Origin: a cyanobacterium endosymbiont of Rhopalodia gibba
Lineage (GTDB): Bacteria > Cyanobacteriota > Cyanobacteriia > Cyanobacteriales > Microcystaceae
DNA: 64,000 nucleotides
NCBI GenBank assembly: GCA_045159875.1
Contig: CP067995.1
Coordinates: 736,001-800,000 of the forward strand
Direction: 5' to 3'
The position numbers and the translations under genes were made by a program. This document shows positions 10,919 to 22,464 of the stretch, in pieces. Below the pieces are notes generated by a model that worked only from the letters and a program-made list of their open reading frames with translations, did no database searches and was not told the DNA's origin. Numbering within the stretch: position 1 is the stretch's first letter; each line of letters begins with the position of its first letter.

Positions 10919-11017
10919 TCTGTTGATCAATCATTCCTTCAACTGATAGTTGTTTTTCAGAAGTTATCGTCTTTTTGACATAATCGACATTTGATGTGAT
11001 TTTTTTATTCATTCACT

Positions 11018-11989
11018 ATGATTGAAGTTGAACGTCTGAGTAAAATTTATGGTTCCACCGCCGCTATCCAAGATGTGAACTTCACTGTAAAAACAGGAGA
11101 AATACTTGGTTTTCTAGGTCCAAATGGTGCGGGAAAAACTACCACCATGAGAATTTTATCGGGATATATTCCCGCTACCAGTGGAACTGCTAAAATTAGT
11201 GGCTATGATGTCCATGAACAGCCAATGGAAGTGAGACGGCGTATTGGCTATCTTCCCGAAAACCCTCCTTTATACCCTGATATAACAGTAGAAGGGTTTT
11301 TAATGTTTGTGGCAAGCATTAAAGGAATAGCAGCCGGAGATCGCCTTTCACGAGTCAAATGGTCGACAGAACGCTGTCAACTCGAAGATAAACGTAAGGT
11401 ACTTATTCGTAAACTTTCTAAAGGGTATAAACAAAGGGTAGGAATTGCTCAAGCGATTATTCACTCCCCCCCAGCTATTATTTTAGACGAGCCCACCGTC
11501 GGACTTGATCCGAAACAAATTATTGAAGTTCGCCATCTAATCAAGAGTCTAGCCGGAGAACATACTATTATTTTGTGTACTCATATCCTCCCTGAGGTTA
11601 GTATGACTTGTGATCGCGTAGCCATTATTAATAAAGGAAAAATAGTTGCTATTGATACCCCAAATAATTTAATGTCTCAATTAACTGAAAGTGGCGGATA
11701 TGAACTAGAAGTATCAGGAGATATTTATAGTATAAAATCTCTGCTGGAAGAGATTAAAGGTGTTTCTAACATTCTCATTAGAGATAAAGAAAACACGATA
11801 AATTCTCAATCAAATCACTATTTAGTTCATTTAACGGCTGATTTAAATATAGAACCAGGACGAGATATTGCAGCCTTAATTATTGACCGAGGGCTAGCCT
11901 TATATGAAATGCGTCGTACTCGTCCTACATTAGAAGATGTGTTTTTAAACTTGCTTACCGAAGAATCAGAAGTAGTAAATGACCAATAA
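11018..11989 (+). CDS. ABC transporter ATP-binding protein (GldA-like)
   Basis: Walker A GPNGAGKT, signature LSKGYKQR, Walker B ILDEPT. Confidence 0.93.
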   Translation: MIEVERLSKIYGSTAAIQDVNFTVKTGEILGFLGPNGAGKTTTMRILSGYIPATSGTAKISGYDVHEQPMEVRRRIGYLPENPPLYPDITVEGFLMFVASIKGIAAGDRLSRVKWSTERCQLEDKRKVLIRKLSKGYKQRVGIAQAIIHSPPAIILDEPTVGLDPKQIIEVRHLIKSLAGEHTIILCTHILPEVSMTCDRVAIINKGKIVAIDTPNNLMSQLTESGGYELEVSGDIYSIKSLLEEIKGVSNILIRDKENTINSQSNHYLVHLTADLNIEPGRDIAALIIDRGLALYEMRRTRPTLEDVFLNLLTEESEVVNDQ

Positions 11990-12779
11990 ATCTATGATTT
12001 TAGCTAATTTAACTGCCATTGTCCGTAAGGAGTTTCAAAGTTATTTTTATACTCCTTTTGCCTATATTATTGCAGCATTTTTTTGGTTGATTTCAGGATT
12101 CTTTTTTAATACAATTCTTGACCAATTGACCCAAGATATTAGCTTTCTCGAACAAAGTGGACAAATTTCCCAATCTGTTGATGTTGCCAGTCAATTTTTG
12201 GAAACCTTTTCCGGAGTCATCATTTCTCTGTTTTTAGTGCTTCTTCCTGCACTATCTATGGGATTATATTCCGAAGAACGTAGGCGAGGAACTTTAGAAC
12301 TTTTAGCTACTTCTCCAGTGAATAATTGGGTGGTCGCTTTTGGTAAACTTTTAGGAGTTATTAGCCTTCTTATCGTATTGATGGTTCCTATCTGGATCTG
12401 GGAAACTATTGTCTTCAGTGGCGCTAATCCTCCAGTTAGTCTACAAATTATTTTACTAACTCACTTGTCTTTATTCCTTATTTCTACAGCGATTTTATCG
12501 TTAGGAATGTTTGTTTCTTCTTTAACAGATAGTTCTATCTTAGCCTATATTCTCACATTTATTTTAATTCTTTTTCTGTGGATTATAGATTTGGTAGCTA
12601 ATAGTATAATTGAACCTTTCAGTAGCATTTTATTTCATCTTTCTCTTTTTGATAGTTATAATAATCTCGTTAGAGGTGTTTTAGAACCAAGTAGTTTGGT
12701 TCTATTTGCAAGTTATATTTTTATCGGTATTTTTCTAACGGCTCAATCTATAGAGATTTTAAGATTTCAACGAAGTTAG
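11979..12779 (+). CDS. ABC-2 permease (GldF-like)
   Basis: Multi-TM; MGLYSEERRRGTLELLATSP motif; overlaps the ATPase stop. Confidence 0.9.
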   Translation: MTNKSMILANLTAIVRKEFQSYFYTPFAYIIAAFFWLISGFFFNTILDQLTQDISFLEQSGQISQSVDVASQFLETFSGVIISLFLVLLPALSMGLYSEERRRGTLELLATSPVNNWVVAFGKLLGVISLLIVLMVPIWIWETIVFSGANPPVSLQIILLTHLSLFLISTAILSLGMFVSSLTDSSILAYILTFILILFLWIIDLVANSIIEPFSSILFHLSLFDSYNNLVRGVLEPSSLVLFASYIFIGIFLTAQSIEILRFQRS

Positions 12780-12785
12780 AATTTA

Positions 12786-12817
12786 CTGTAATTCTGTAAT
12801 TCTGTAATTCTGTAATT
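12786..12817 (+). repeat. short tandem repeat (CTGTAATT)x4
   Basis: ctgtaatt repeated four times; reminiscent of cyanobacterial STRR-type repeats. Confidence 0.85.
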
Positions 12818-12844
12818 TATGTATTTTTAATGAAATAGAAAAAA

Positions 12845-14758
12845 ATGTTTAACTACCGTAAAGTCTTGAAATATTTATTGATTCCAGGACTAGTTATGAC
12901 TATGGCAGGTCTAATAGCAGAATCAATGACTAAAAGTGGATCAATTCTATATATTGGTCTAATCGTCACTGGAAGTATTTTGATTATCATTTGGCTATCA
13001 TATCTATTGGTTGCTCGACGAAGTTTCTGGCAAAGAAGATCAAGTCAAGCAGGAACCAATGCTTTAGTATCCACTCTGTCTTTAATAATTATTTTAGGAA
13101 TAATTAACTTCTTAGCAGTTCGTTATTTAACCCCAATTGATTTAACAGAAAATCAACTTTTTACTGTTTCTTCCCAAACTCAAAAAATTGTCAAAAATAT
13201 TAATGAACCTGTTAAAGTATGGTTATTTGTAAAAGCTCCTAATCCTAGAGATAAAGACTTATTAGAAAATTATCGTCGCTATAATGAAAAATTTAAATTT
13301 GAATTTGTTGATCCTGATACTAACCTTGGATTAACTAAACGATTTAATGTTAATACATTAGGAGATGTATATCTAGAATATAGGAATAAAAAACAGTTAG
13401 TACAAACCTTGATTCAGTTTAATACTCAGGAACCTTTGTCTGAGATAAAATTAACTAATGCTATTGAAAAAATTCAGCGTAATTATATTCCTACAGTTTA
13501 TTTTCTTCAAGGACATGGAGAATATTCTTTAGAAGAATCTCACGAGGATAGTATTTTTATAGCTGTTAACAGTTTAAAAAATAAAGGATATAATGCTAAA
13601 CCTCTCAATTTAGTAGTGTCTTCTAGGATTCCCGATGATGCCAATGCAATAATTATTGCAGGTTCTCAACGCAAATTATTCGAACAAGAAGTTAAAGCAT
13701 TAGAGACTTATTCAGATCAAGGAGGGAATCTTCTTTTATTACTTAATCCTAATATTGAGACAGGTTTAGAACCTATCCTAGAGAAATGGGGAGTTCAACT
13801 AGATAATCGTGTTGTAATAGATGGTTCAGGGCGAGGAAATTTAGTTGGTTTGGGTCCAGTAAGTCCTTTGATTAATACATATGGAAATCATCCCATTACA
13901 AAAGAGTTTAATAACGGAATTTCGTTTTATCCATTAGCGCGTCCTATTGATACTATTAAAGTAGAAAATATAGAGGCGACTTCTCTATTGATCGCCAGTG
14001 AACAAATGTGGGCTGAAAGTAATGTAGAATCTGAGAAATTTACCTTTGATGAAACTCAAGATATCGCCGGTCCGTTTGATTTAGGAGTTGTTTTAATTCG
14101 TCAAATTAATTCAGGCAAAAAGCAGAAATCTCAACTATCTCCTTCTTCTAGTCAACTAGATAAGGATTCTCTGATTCCTTCTTATACAGAAAAACAAATT
14201 GAAAAAACACTACCTGAAAAAGAAGTTAAAAAAACTCCTTTTTCTTTTCCGAAAGAGACAGAAATTTCTCCCACACCTAAGTCTTCCTCCATGATAACTC
14301 CTTTAGAAAGGCAAAAACTCTCTATCCCTTCTTTTTATTCAAATAAGACAAAAGTTAAATTAGTTTCTAGTATTATTGATGTCCAAGATAGTGATTATTA
14401 TGCTTCTTCAGAAATAATGGAAACTCAAAAGAATGATTCTATCTCTGAAGAAAATCATGAGAAAACAACACTAAAAAATAGTGATGCAATTGAATCTCGT
14501 TTAGTTATAATTGGCAATTCAATGTTCATTACTAATAATTTATTTAATCAACAACTTAATGGTGATGTCTTCTTGAATTCAGTTCAATGGTTAGTGAGTC
14601 AAAATGACAAACCTTTATCAATTCGTCCTAAAGAAGCGAAAAATCGTCGGATAAATTTAACTCCGTTACAAGCAGGATTATTGAATTTTCTAACATTAAT
14701 ATTTTTTCCATTAGGAGGATTTTTTACCGGTTTCATGACTTGGTTACGTAGACGGTGA
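12845..14758 (+). CDS. GldG family ABC auxiliary component
   Basis: DLTENQLFTVS, VYFLQGHGE and NGDVFLNSVQWL motifs; C-terminal TM ending WLRRR. Confidence 0.88.
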   Translation: MFNYRKVLKYLLIPGLVMTMAGLIAESMTKSGSILYIGLIVTGSILIIIWLSYLLVARRSFWQRRSSQAGTNALVSTLSLIIILGIINFLAVRYLTPIDLTENQLFTVSSQTQKIVKNINEPVKVWLFVKAPNPRDKDLLENYRRYNEKFKFEFVDPDTNLGLTKRFNVNTLGDVYLEYRNKKQLVQTLIQFNTQEPLSEIKLTNAIEKIQRNYIPTVYFLQGHGEYSLEESHEDSIFIAVNSLKNKGYNAKPLNLVVSSRIPDDANAIIIAGSQRKLFEQEVKALETYSDQGGNLLLLLNPNIETGLEPILEKWGVQLDNRVVIDGSGRGNLVGLGPVSPLINTYGNHPITKEFNNGISFYPLARPIDTIKVENIEATSLLIASEQMWAESNVESEKFTFDETQDIAGPFDLGVVLIRQINSGKKQKSQLSPSSSQLDKDSLIPSYTEKQIEKTLPEKEVKKTPFSFPKETEISPTPKSSSMITPLERQKLSIPSFYSNKTKVKLVSSIIDVQDSDYYASSEIMETQKNDSISEENHEKTTLKNSDAIESRLVIIGNSMFITNNLFNQQLNGDVFLNSVQWLVSQNDKPLSIRPKEAKNRRINLTPLQAGLLNFLTLIFFPLGGFFTGFMTWLRRR

Positions 14759-14811
14759 AAGATAAACAAAATATTTAACTGCAAATTAAAATCTAATAGT
14801 TTAAAAAACTT

Positions 14812-15417
14812 ATGAAGTTACAGAAAAAAACTTGGGGTTTATTGATTGCTGCTGTTTTTTTATGCACTGCTGTATACATTTACGAAATTAAATTTCAACA
14901 ACAACAATTACAAATTAAATCAAACGATAATAAATTGTTTAATTTCACCGAAGAAGACATAAAAAATATCACTGTTAAAACTCAACAAGATACTTTAAAG
15001 TTCCAACGAACTGAAGATGATAAAAGGTATTGGAAAATGACTCAACCTAAACAAGAAACCGCTAATGATGCAACTATTTCATTTTTAATTAATCTATTGG
15101 TCACTGGAGAAAGTGATCGCCGCTTTAAAATTTCTACTAGTCAACAAAAAGATTATGGTCTGGACAAACCATTGGCAACTATAGAAGTAATACTAAATGA
15201 CGGGAATAAGCATCAGATAGTCTTAGGAAATTCTGATTTTAATGATAGCTTTTTGTATGCTCAAGTAGATTTGAATAATCAAAATACAGAAGAGCTAATT
15301 ATCAGTTTAGTTCCTAAAAACTATCGATATGCAATTGATAGAGAAATAGATGAATGGTTGGAAATAAATGAATCATCAAAAAGCTCAGAAAATATTGATA
15401 TAGAATCAAAAAAATAG
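14812..15417 (+). CDS. DUF4340 domain protein
   Basis: N-terminal TM; WKMTQP...AND and DYGLDKP; usual fourth gene of this operon type. Confidence 0.82.
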   Translation: MKLQKKTWGLLIAAVFLCTAVYIYEIKFQQQQLQIKSNDNKLFNFTEEDIKNITVKTQQDTLKFQRTEDDKRYWKMTQPKQETANDATISFLINLLVTGESDRRFKISTSQQKDYGLDKPLATIEVILNDGNKHQIVLGNSDFNDSFLYAQVDLNNQNTEELIISLVPKNYRYAIDREIDEWLEINESSKSSENIDIESKK

Positions 15418-15831
15418 TCAATACAAATTGAAACCATAAAAAACTTAAAAGTTTACTCTCACGATGGACTCAAATAACTATTCTTCTTTTTAAGAAAAAA
15501 ATAAATACCGAGTAATCTTAGTAAGATTTCAGATTAAGTAAATTAAAACTAAAATCTAAATTTTTTTAAAAAAAATAGTTTAGACAAATCAATACATTTT
15601 CAGTTTCTAATCAACTTTTTTGTTGATTAATAAAATACGTATTAACTTGACTATATTAAGTCCTTGATTTTTTCTTATATTTCAGCTTTTAAAGAATCAA
15701 ATTATAATTTGAAATACTATTTAAAAAACAAAGATTAAATTTTTCTAAATATTTATATCGACTACAAAATTAATTTGAGACAATCGACTCTATAAGACTT
15801 TTCAAGAATTACAGTAGATAATTCGTCTACT

Positions 15832-17268
15832 ATGTCAGAAACAAATATTGAGTCCATACTACAAAAAAAAATTAATCCGCCCTTTTAATTCTATCAAAAT
15901 ACTCATATTCAAAACTTAAACCGATATAAGCAACTATATGAAAAATAAAAATCTAATCTTGAAATTTGTTGGGCAAAATTTGGCAAACAATAATTACATT
16001 GGTCCAAAAGGTAGAATCGAGTCCGTGACTGGTAACCTCCATTTGTAAGATGGTTTGTTGGGGGTGAATTTAACCTTTTCTACAATTTTCTTAATCTCCA
16101 TTTGACCACCTAGCTAATATAGTGTTATCTTCGAGGGATTTAGTGCCGAAACGTTAAAAAATCAACTCGAAGATGCTCAAATAAAAATAGTCGTTGCAGC
16201 TGATTACAGATTTCGCAAAAATAAAGTAGTTTCTATACAATCTCAATTGGATTTATCCCTGGAACAGGAGGCAAATACTCTTGAAAAGATAATCGTTGTT
16301 GAAGACACCAAAAACCATGACTATAGCCGAAGAAAAGGATTATTGATTGTATGGTTTTCAAAAAGATACTTCGACAGACTGTCTGGCTGAAGTGATTGAT
16401 AGTGAAAACACTCTGATTTATCCTCTACATCAATAGTAGGACTAGAAAACCCAAGGGAGTTGTGCATATCACCAGAAGATATAATCTTTACACTCACATG
16501 ACTACAAAATGGATCTTTTATTTAAAGAATATGGATGTCTATTGGCGTACTGCAGATGTTAGTTAGATCTCTGAGCATAGTTATGTTGTCTATAGCCGCT
16601 ATCTAATGATACTACCAGTTTAATATATGAAGGATTGACCTGGACAATACCATTAACCCCGAAGCTTGAATGTGGCTTCACCGAGTCATTGGAAGTGAAC
16701 AAGGTCCCATCTTTGATACATGGTGGTAAACGGAAACGGAAAGCGGAATGATTACAGTCTTACCCGAAGCTATGTCCATCAAACGCTGGATCAGCAACTC
16801 GTCCTTATTTCCCTGGTGTTGTAGCGGATGTAGTCAATAAAGCAGGTAATACTGTTTCTGATAATATTAGAGGATACTTAGTGATTAAACACCTTTGACC
16901 AAGTATGCTACGCAACATTTGTAATAACCCTGAACGTTTTGAGAAAACTTATTGGGGTCTCATTCCATTTCTTCAGTAGACAGGAAGCGTATTCATTTTA
17001 CCAAAGATAGTGCGCGTCAAGATGGAGATGGCTATTTTTAGATCATGGAACGAGTTGATAATGTCCTGAATATCTCAGGTACACCGTTTAGAGTCAATAG
17101 AGTTAGAATCTGCGTTGGTGTCTAAGTAGTAAGCTTGTTAAAGCGTTGGTGGTGGTGGCTTTCTATAGTAGAAAAGGGGAAGATATCTATACTTTTATCC
17201 CCTTTGAAGATAACTGTAGTGCAAGTGATGAGTTAGCTAAAGAATTAAAATAATTCATCGTCGCAAAG
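15832..17268 (+). pseudogene. acs: acetyl-CoA synthetase pseudogene
   Basis: MSETNIESILQ start; fragments [41 protein letters not shown] and RQDGDGYF*IMERVDNVLNISG. Many frameshifts and deletions; truncated at a palindrome. Confidence 0.9.
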
Positions 17269-17308
17269 ATATTAATCTATATCTTCACGTAAAGATATAG
17301 ATTAATAT
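17269..17308. repeat. 40-bp near-perfect palindrome at the acs truncation point
   Basis: ATATTAATCTATATCTT-CACGTA-AAGATATAGATTAATAT. Confidence 0.92.
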
Positions 17309-17957
17309 ACTGACAAAAAATAGCATGATGTAGGTTATTCAAATAAAGTCAATTAGAATGTAATCGTTTTTGCAAATAGAGAATACTATCTATTTTTAGC
17401 AAAAATAATTTTAAACTATTCAATAAACTTGTTAGTAATAATTTTGAATAAAAAATTAGGTTAATATTTGAGGATTAGTTTTTAAATAAGAGTAATCATA
17501 ATGTCGTAACATAAGTAAAACATAAATATTATCTTTTTTCTGAAAAAATATTAAATTACTAAACTAAGAAGAGAATATTGGTTGAGTAAGATAAAAATTT
17601 GACAGAAGTATTGGAAATAATTAACTATTATTTTTCTTCTATATAAAGATTAATGTATAAACAGTTAAAAACTATAAAGATTGTTATTGAATTAAGTTAA
17701 TTTAAGTTTTTTTAAAAAAATTCAAATTTTTACTAAAATAAAGATTTTTTATGAAAATAAATAATAGAACTTAAGATTGATTGTTGTTAGCTAAAACAAA
17801 ATAAATATCCGATTTTTTTATAAAATTTAAAAAATCATTAAAAATATTTAACATAGTAATATTAAGAATATTTTAAAAATAAATAAAGTGAATGAACAAT
17901 AAGTAAAAATAATGCTCAAGAATATAAGTTAAAAATTAGTGATGGAAAAATTTTAAC

Positions 17958-18006
17958 AATCAAAACTCTATTTTTATTTCAAAAAAATAAAAATAGAGTT
18001 TTGATT
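17958..18006. repeat. inverted repeat, perfect 22-bp arms
   Basis: AATCAAAACTCTATTTTTATTT-CAAAA-AAATAAAAATAGAGTTTTGATT. Confidence 0.92.
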
Positions 18007-18427
18007 TAAAATAAATAAACTTATATGAAAGAGTAGACGTATAAATTATAGAAATAATAAAAAATTAATAAAAAATAAAATAGCTAAAAATTTAGCAAAA
18101 TATCTTCTGACTAAGATTAAAAAAATCAATATAAGTTTTGATAAACTCCATAAGAATGTTGTCGAACAATTAATACTGCAAACTGAAGTAATAACAGATC
18201 AATTTTATTTAATTAAACAAGTTTAAGAGGGAATTTTTTAAAAAGTTTTAAAACAAAGAACAAAAAGCTAAAAGTGTTGCTCTATAAGATTACCAAGATT
18301 ATAACAACCTAATTTTTATATGAATCAAATTTTTGGAGTGATGAAATATAGTACGAATAAAAAAATTAGAGATTATTAGCTATTAATTTATTATTTTCAG
18401 CCTAGAAGAGTAAATATAATTCTCAAG

Positions 18428-18464
18428 AAATGGCAGAATTATTTTCTATATAATTCTGCCATTT
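18428..18464. repeat. inverted repeat, 15-bp arms
   Basis: AAATGGCAGAATTAT-N7-ATAATTCTGCCATTT. Confidence 0.85.
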
Positions 18465-19236
18465 TATGAATTTTTAATCCTTGATTTATTCTCACAAAAT
18501 TAATCAGTAGAGCTCAAAGATATTAAGTCAATAAAGCATTTACATTACTATAGTTAGGTAACTATAGCTAGTTTTATATTGCTTAAATTGATGTTTTTTA
18601 CAGTCACTCCTTCAAGCAATACTTTGTTGAAATACATTAGTTAAATTATATTAGTCATAGGTTATTTTTTGGCGAGATTACTTTTTTATTTTATTTAGTT
18701 AAAAATTAGTATTTAATAGAATATAGATAATCCTTATCTACTTCTTTATTTTAAATTTAAACTAAACTTTTTTTAAAATTTTATATTGATAGATTAAGAT
18801 TTAAATTTTTATTTAGTCAATATATTTTACGGTATAATTGCATAATTTAATTTATTAACAATTTTAATACTTTTGTATTGAAACATAATATTTACGCTCT
18901 TATTCTCGTTCTGTAGAAGATATTTGAAGCACTGGCCAACTCTTATTATTCTCACTATTCTAATTTTAAAAGATTAATTCTCAGGCTATCTGGTATCTAG
19001 TGATTGCTCTTTTTTAACTACTTTTTTATTTCATATTAATTTAAGCTCACTTACTTAATATCTCACATTTATAAACTACCTAAAATATATTCATCTCATA
19101 ATACTTATCCCATAATGAAAGATATATTTTCTTAGTTGATTAGAAATAAATTCGCCGAGCTTACTTTATTTAGAAAGAAGTCAATAACTTAGCAAAATTT
19201 TAGAGATAAACCTTGATAACAACTTTTTAAGTATGT

Positions 19237-19473
19237 TTATTGAAACTTTTTTTTAGATCTTATTTTACTAAATAAAAACCACCAGACTTCTGTTCCAATT
19301 AATCCTATTCCCCCTAATGTTACCAAAATTTTTAATTGTAATGGTTGTTCAAGACGATAAAATTGACTATTAGTTTCTATAGATTTTATTTTAGCGTAAG
19401 AAACAGAAATATTTCCGAATATTAAACTAAGACTTATTAGAGTAAAAAGAACTAATTTTATTTTCTTCATCAA
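19237..19473 (-). CDS. small membrane protein, probably the truncated N-terminus of the cupredoxin-domain partner of Cu-ATPases
   Basis: EQPLQLKILVTLGGIGLIGTEVWWFLFSK resembles the N-terminal TM of cyanobacterial cupredoxin-domain proteins. The cupredoxin domain itself is absent. Confidence 0.6.
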   Translation of the reverse strand: MMKKIKLVLFTLISLSLIFGNISVSYAKIKSIETNSQFYRLEQPLQLKILVTLGGIGLIGTEVWWFLFSKIRSKKKFQ

Positions 19474-19632
19474 AAGACTCCTTGTTGATAGTAAATAAGT
19501 AAAGAACTGTAATTTAAACTCAATTTATTTAAAATGACTCTTTTAAACAGTGCTCATATCACCTTATCTAAATTACGACCGCTAAGATAAAAATGAAAGA
19601 CTACAATAATCGCATAATCGCAAACTAATGAG

Positions 19633-21903
19633 TTATTTTGGATTAAAGTTTCGTAATCTTAAAGCATTTATCACCACAGAAACAGAACTAAAAGCCATTG
19701 CTGTTCCTGCAATCATAGGATTCAATAGCAAACCGCAAAAAGGATATAAAATTCCGGCGGCGATAGGAATACCAAGACTATTATAAATATATGCAAAAAA
19801 GAGATTTTCTCTAATGTTTTTTATAGTGGCCTGACTCAGTTGAATTGCCGTGACAATGCCCCGTAAATCCCCAGAAATTAATGTTAAATCACTAGCAGCC
19901 ATTGCTACATCTGTCCCCGTCCCAAGGGCTATTCCCACATCAGCTTGTGCTAAAGCAGGTGCATCGTTAATCCCATCTCCAACCATTGCTACAATTTTTT
20001 TTTGTTGTTTACAGCTATTTCTTTCTTGTTGAATTTTTTCAATGATACTAGCTTTTTGATCAGGACGTACTTGGGCGAAAATTCTTTGAATACCTACTTC
20101 AGCAGCTATAGCTTCCGCAGTTTTATGATTGTCTCCTGTTAACATTACCACTTCCAAACCCATTCTCTGCAAGGACTTAACGGCCTCTAATGAAGAAGGC
20201 TTAGTCGCGTCCGCAATACCAATTAAGCCCTCAATTTGTCCATCTACAGCTATTAGAGCAGTTGTTTTGGCTTCACTTTCCCATTGTTGACGGGTGGCAT
20301 CTAAAGATCGAGTATTAATGTTTAACATATCCATCCATCTTTGTGTACCAATTTGTACTAATTTTCCTAAAACTTTCCCCTGAACTCCCATTCCGGCAAC
20401 AGCTTCAAAGTTTCTAACTTCAGGCAACGGTATCTTGACTTGTTGAGATTTAGCGTAATTAACCACTGCTTCGGCTAAAGGATGTTCAGATTTTTTTTCC
20501 AGAGCAGCCCCAAGTTTTAAGAGTTCTAGTTCATTACTATTAGCCACACCATTAACAGTAATATAGTTAGTAACAATAGGTTTGCCTTGAGTGATAGTTC
20601 CTGTTTTATCAAGAACAACAGTGTTCAATCTATGTGCTAGTTCTAAGCTATCTGCCCCCTTAATTAGAATACCATTTTCTGCTCCTTTTCCTGTTCCAAC
20701 CATAATGGATGTAGGTATTGCTAAACCTAGGGCACAGGGACAGGCAATAATTAAAACCCCCACTGTTGTAATCATGGCTAGGGTAATATTTCCTATTGTA
20801 TTAAACCAAATTACAAATGTCGAAATGGCAACAGCAATCACTCCTGGAACAAACCATCTAGTTACTTGATCAGCTAATTGTTGAATCGGAGCTTTACTTC
20901 CTTGGGCATCTTGGACCAACTTAATAATCTGTGCCAACATTGCATCTTTTCCTACTTTTGTCGCTTTAAATTTAAAAGTTCCTGTCTTATTAATGGTTGC
21001 TCCAATTACCTCGTCTCCTGCTTTTTTCTTAACAGGGATAGGTTCTCCTGTTATCATTGACTCATCAATAGCAGATACTCCCTCAACCACTTCACCATCG
21101 ACAGGAATTTTTTCTCCAGGACGTACTAAAATGACATCGTTCACAACTACTTGTTTAATGGGAATATCTATTTCTTGTTCATGACGAATTACTCTGGCTG
21201 TTTTTGCTTGTAAGCCCATTAATTTCCGTATCGCCTCTGAGGTTTTTCCTCTAGCTCTATGTTCTAACATTTTTCCTAATAAAACTAAGGTGATAACTAC
21301 AGAAACAGTTTCGTAATAAACTGCTGTAGCAATGCCATGAGATTCAAAAATATGTGGAAATGCAGTTGTAAACAAAGAGTATAAATAAGCGACTCCAGTC
21401 CCTAAAGAAACTAGGGTATCCATATTAGCAGAATGAAATTTAAAGGACTTCCAAGCCCCGACAAAAAAGTCTTTGCCTACCCAAAAAATAACTGGAGTTG
21501 CTAAGAAAAATTGCACCCAGAAATTATGTAAGAAGGTAGGAATCCAAGTTATTTCTAATCCTGTCATCATCGGGATACCCCCGATAATTAATAAGACACT
21601 AATAATAGAACCGACAAGCAATTTACCGGTTAATTCTTGTTCTTGGGCTACTTTCGTTGCTTTTTCTAAGTCTTCTTCGTCCGCTCTTTCTAAAACAGGG
21701 TAAGCATCATAACCCGCGTTTTTTACTGCTTGTTGAATAACTGATAAATTAGTCTTTGTGGGATCATAGGTTACAGTTGCTCGAGAAATAACAAAATTAA
21801 CGTTGCCTTGAGTGACTCCCTCCACTTCTTGAATGACTTTTTCAATCGCAGAAGCACAACCAGCACAACTCATTCCTTGTAGTTTTAAATGATCAGTTTT
21901 CAT
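19633..21903 (-). CDS. pacS: copper-translocating P1B-type ATPase
   Basis: [34 protein letters not shown] and MAFSS motifs. Confidence 0.9.
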   Translation of the reverse strand: MKTDHLKLQGMSCAGCASAIEKVIQEVEGVTQGNVNFVISRATVTYDPTKTNLSVIQQAVKNAGYDAYPVLERADEEDLEKATKVAQEQELTGKLLVGSIISVLLIIGGIPMMTGLEITWIPTFLHNFWVQFFLATPVIFWVGKDFFVGAWKSFKFHSANMDTLVSLGTGVAYLYSLFTTAFPHIFESHGIATAVYYETVSVVITLVLLGKMLEHRARGKTSEAIRKLMGLQAKTARVIRHEQEIDIPIKQVVVNDVILVRPGEKIPVDGEVVEGVSAIDESMITGEPIPVKKKAGDEVIGATINKTGTFKFKATKVGKDAMLAQIIKLVQDAQGSKAPIQQLADQVTRWFVPGVIAVAISTFVIWFNTIGNITLAMITTVGVLIIACPCALGLAIPTSIMVGTGKGAENGILIKGADSLELAHRLNTVVLDKTGTITQGKPIVTNYITVNGVANSNELELLKLGAALEKKSEHPLAEAVVNYAKSQQVKIPLPEVRNFEAVAGMGVQGKVLGKLVQIGTQRWMDMLNINTRSLDATRQQWESEAKTTALIAVDGQIEGLIGIADATKPSSLEAVKSLQRMGLEVVMLTGDNHKTAEAIAAEVGIQRIFAQVRPDQKASIIEKIQQERNSCKQQKKIVAMVGDGINDAPALAQADVGIALGTGTDVAMAASDLTLISGDLRGIVTAIQLSQATIKNIRENLFFAYIYNSLGIPIAAGILYPFCGLLLNPMIAGTAMAFSSVSVVINALRLRNFNPK

Positions 21904-21941
21904 TCGAATTATAGCTTTAAGATTTTTTTAAAAAAGTATTC

Positions 21942-21973
21942 TGTCTAGAATTTGACAATTCACTCAAAGTCAA
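21942..21973 (-). promoter_or_regulatory. MerR/CueR-type long-spacer promoter with dyad operator upstream of pacS
   Basis: Minus strand TTGACT-20 bp-TAGACA, containing the dyad TTTGA-N8-TCAAA. Confidence 0.55.
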
Positions 21974-21989
21974 AGGAAAAACTTTAGCA

Positions 21990-22345
21990 AATTAGGACAA
22001 GAATGGAGATGAGATATCCAATTAGTTTTATATCGCTCTAATTTAGTTTTTCAAAGGATCATTTACTGAATGTTTATCCCTTTTTTTATTTTACTATCTA
22101 GTAAACTTTGTGATTTAGCACAAGGTATTTTTCCGTATTTTGTACAATGGAAATTTGCTTGACTTCTTTGAGGGTGAAGCTAAGGAATTGGAATTTTTCA
22201 CAAATCTCATCTGTTGACTCATCTCTAAAATCTCATGATAATAGTTATTTTTACCTCTTTTTACTGGTTCAAGAAGGCTTAAGTCGCTATATTAGCGCAA
22301 ATTTCCTGTAGAAAAATCTGTTTGTTGGGCGAGTTCACTAATTTT
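21990..22345 (-). pseudogene. MerR-family heavy-metal regulator pseudogene
   Basis: The minus strand reads KISELAQQTDFSTGNLR*YSDLSLLEPVKRGKNNY, then LSFTLKEVKQI in a shifted frame (MerR HTH). Directly upstream of pacS. Confidence 0.82.
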
Positions 22346-22464
22346 GACATAGGATACTGTATTGATAATAGTAGGTATAACGAATATTTTTCTAATGATT
22401 GGTATAAATTTTCTAGTAAATTAAAAAGTCAGGAGTTAATAGTTATTTTGATAATAACTATTAA

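Noticed and set aside
19850..21703. Short antisense or nested ORFs here and in the ABC exporter, larger CDSs, gpmI, lysC and the SLC13 gene
   Set aside because: Shadow frames of well-supported genes.
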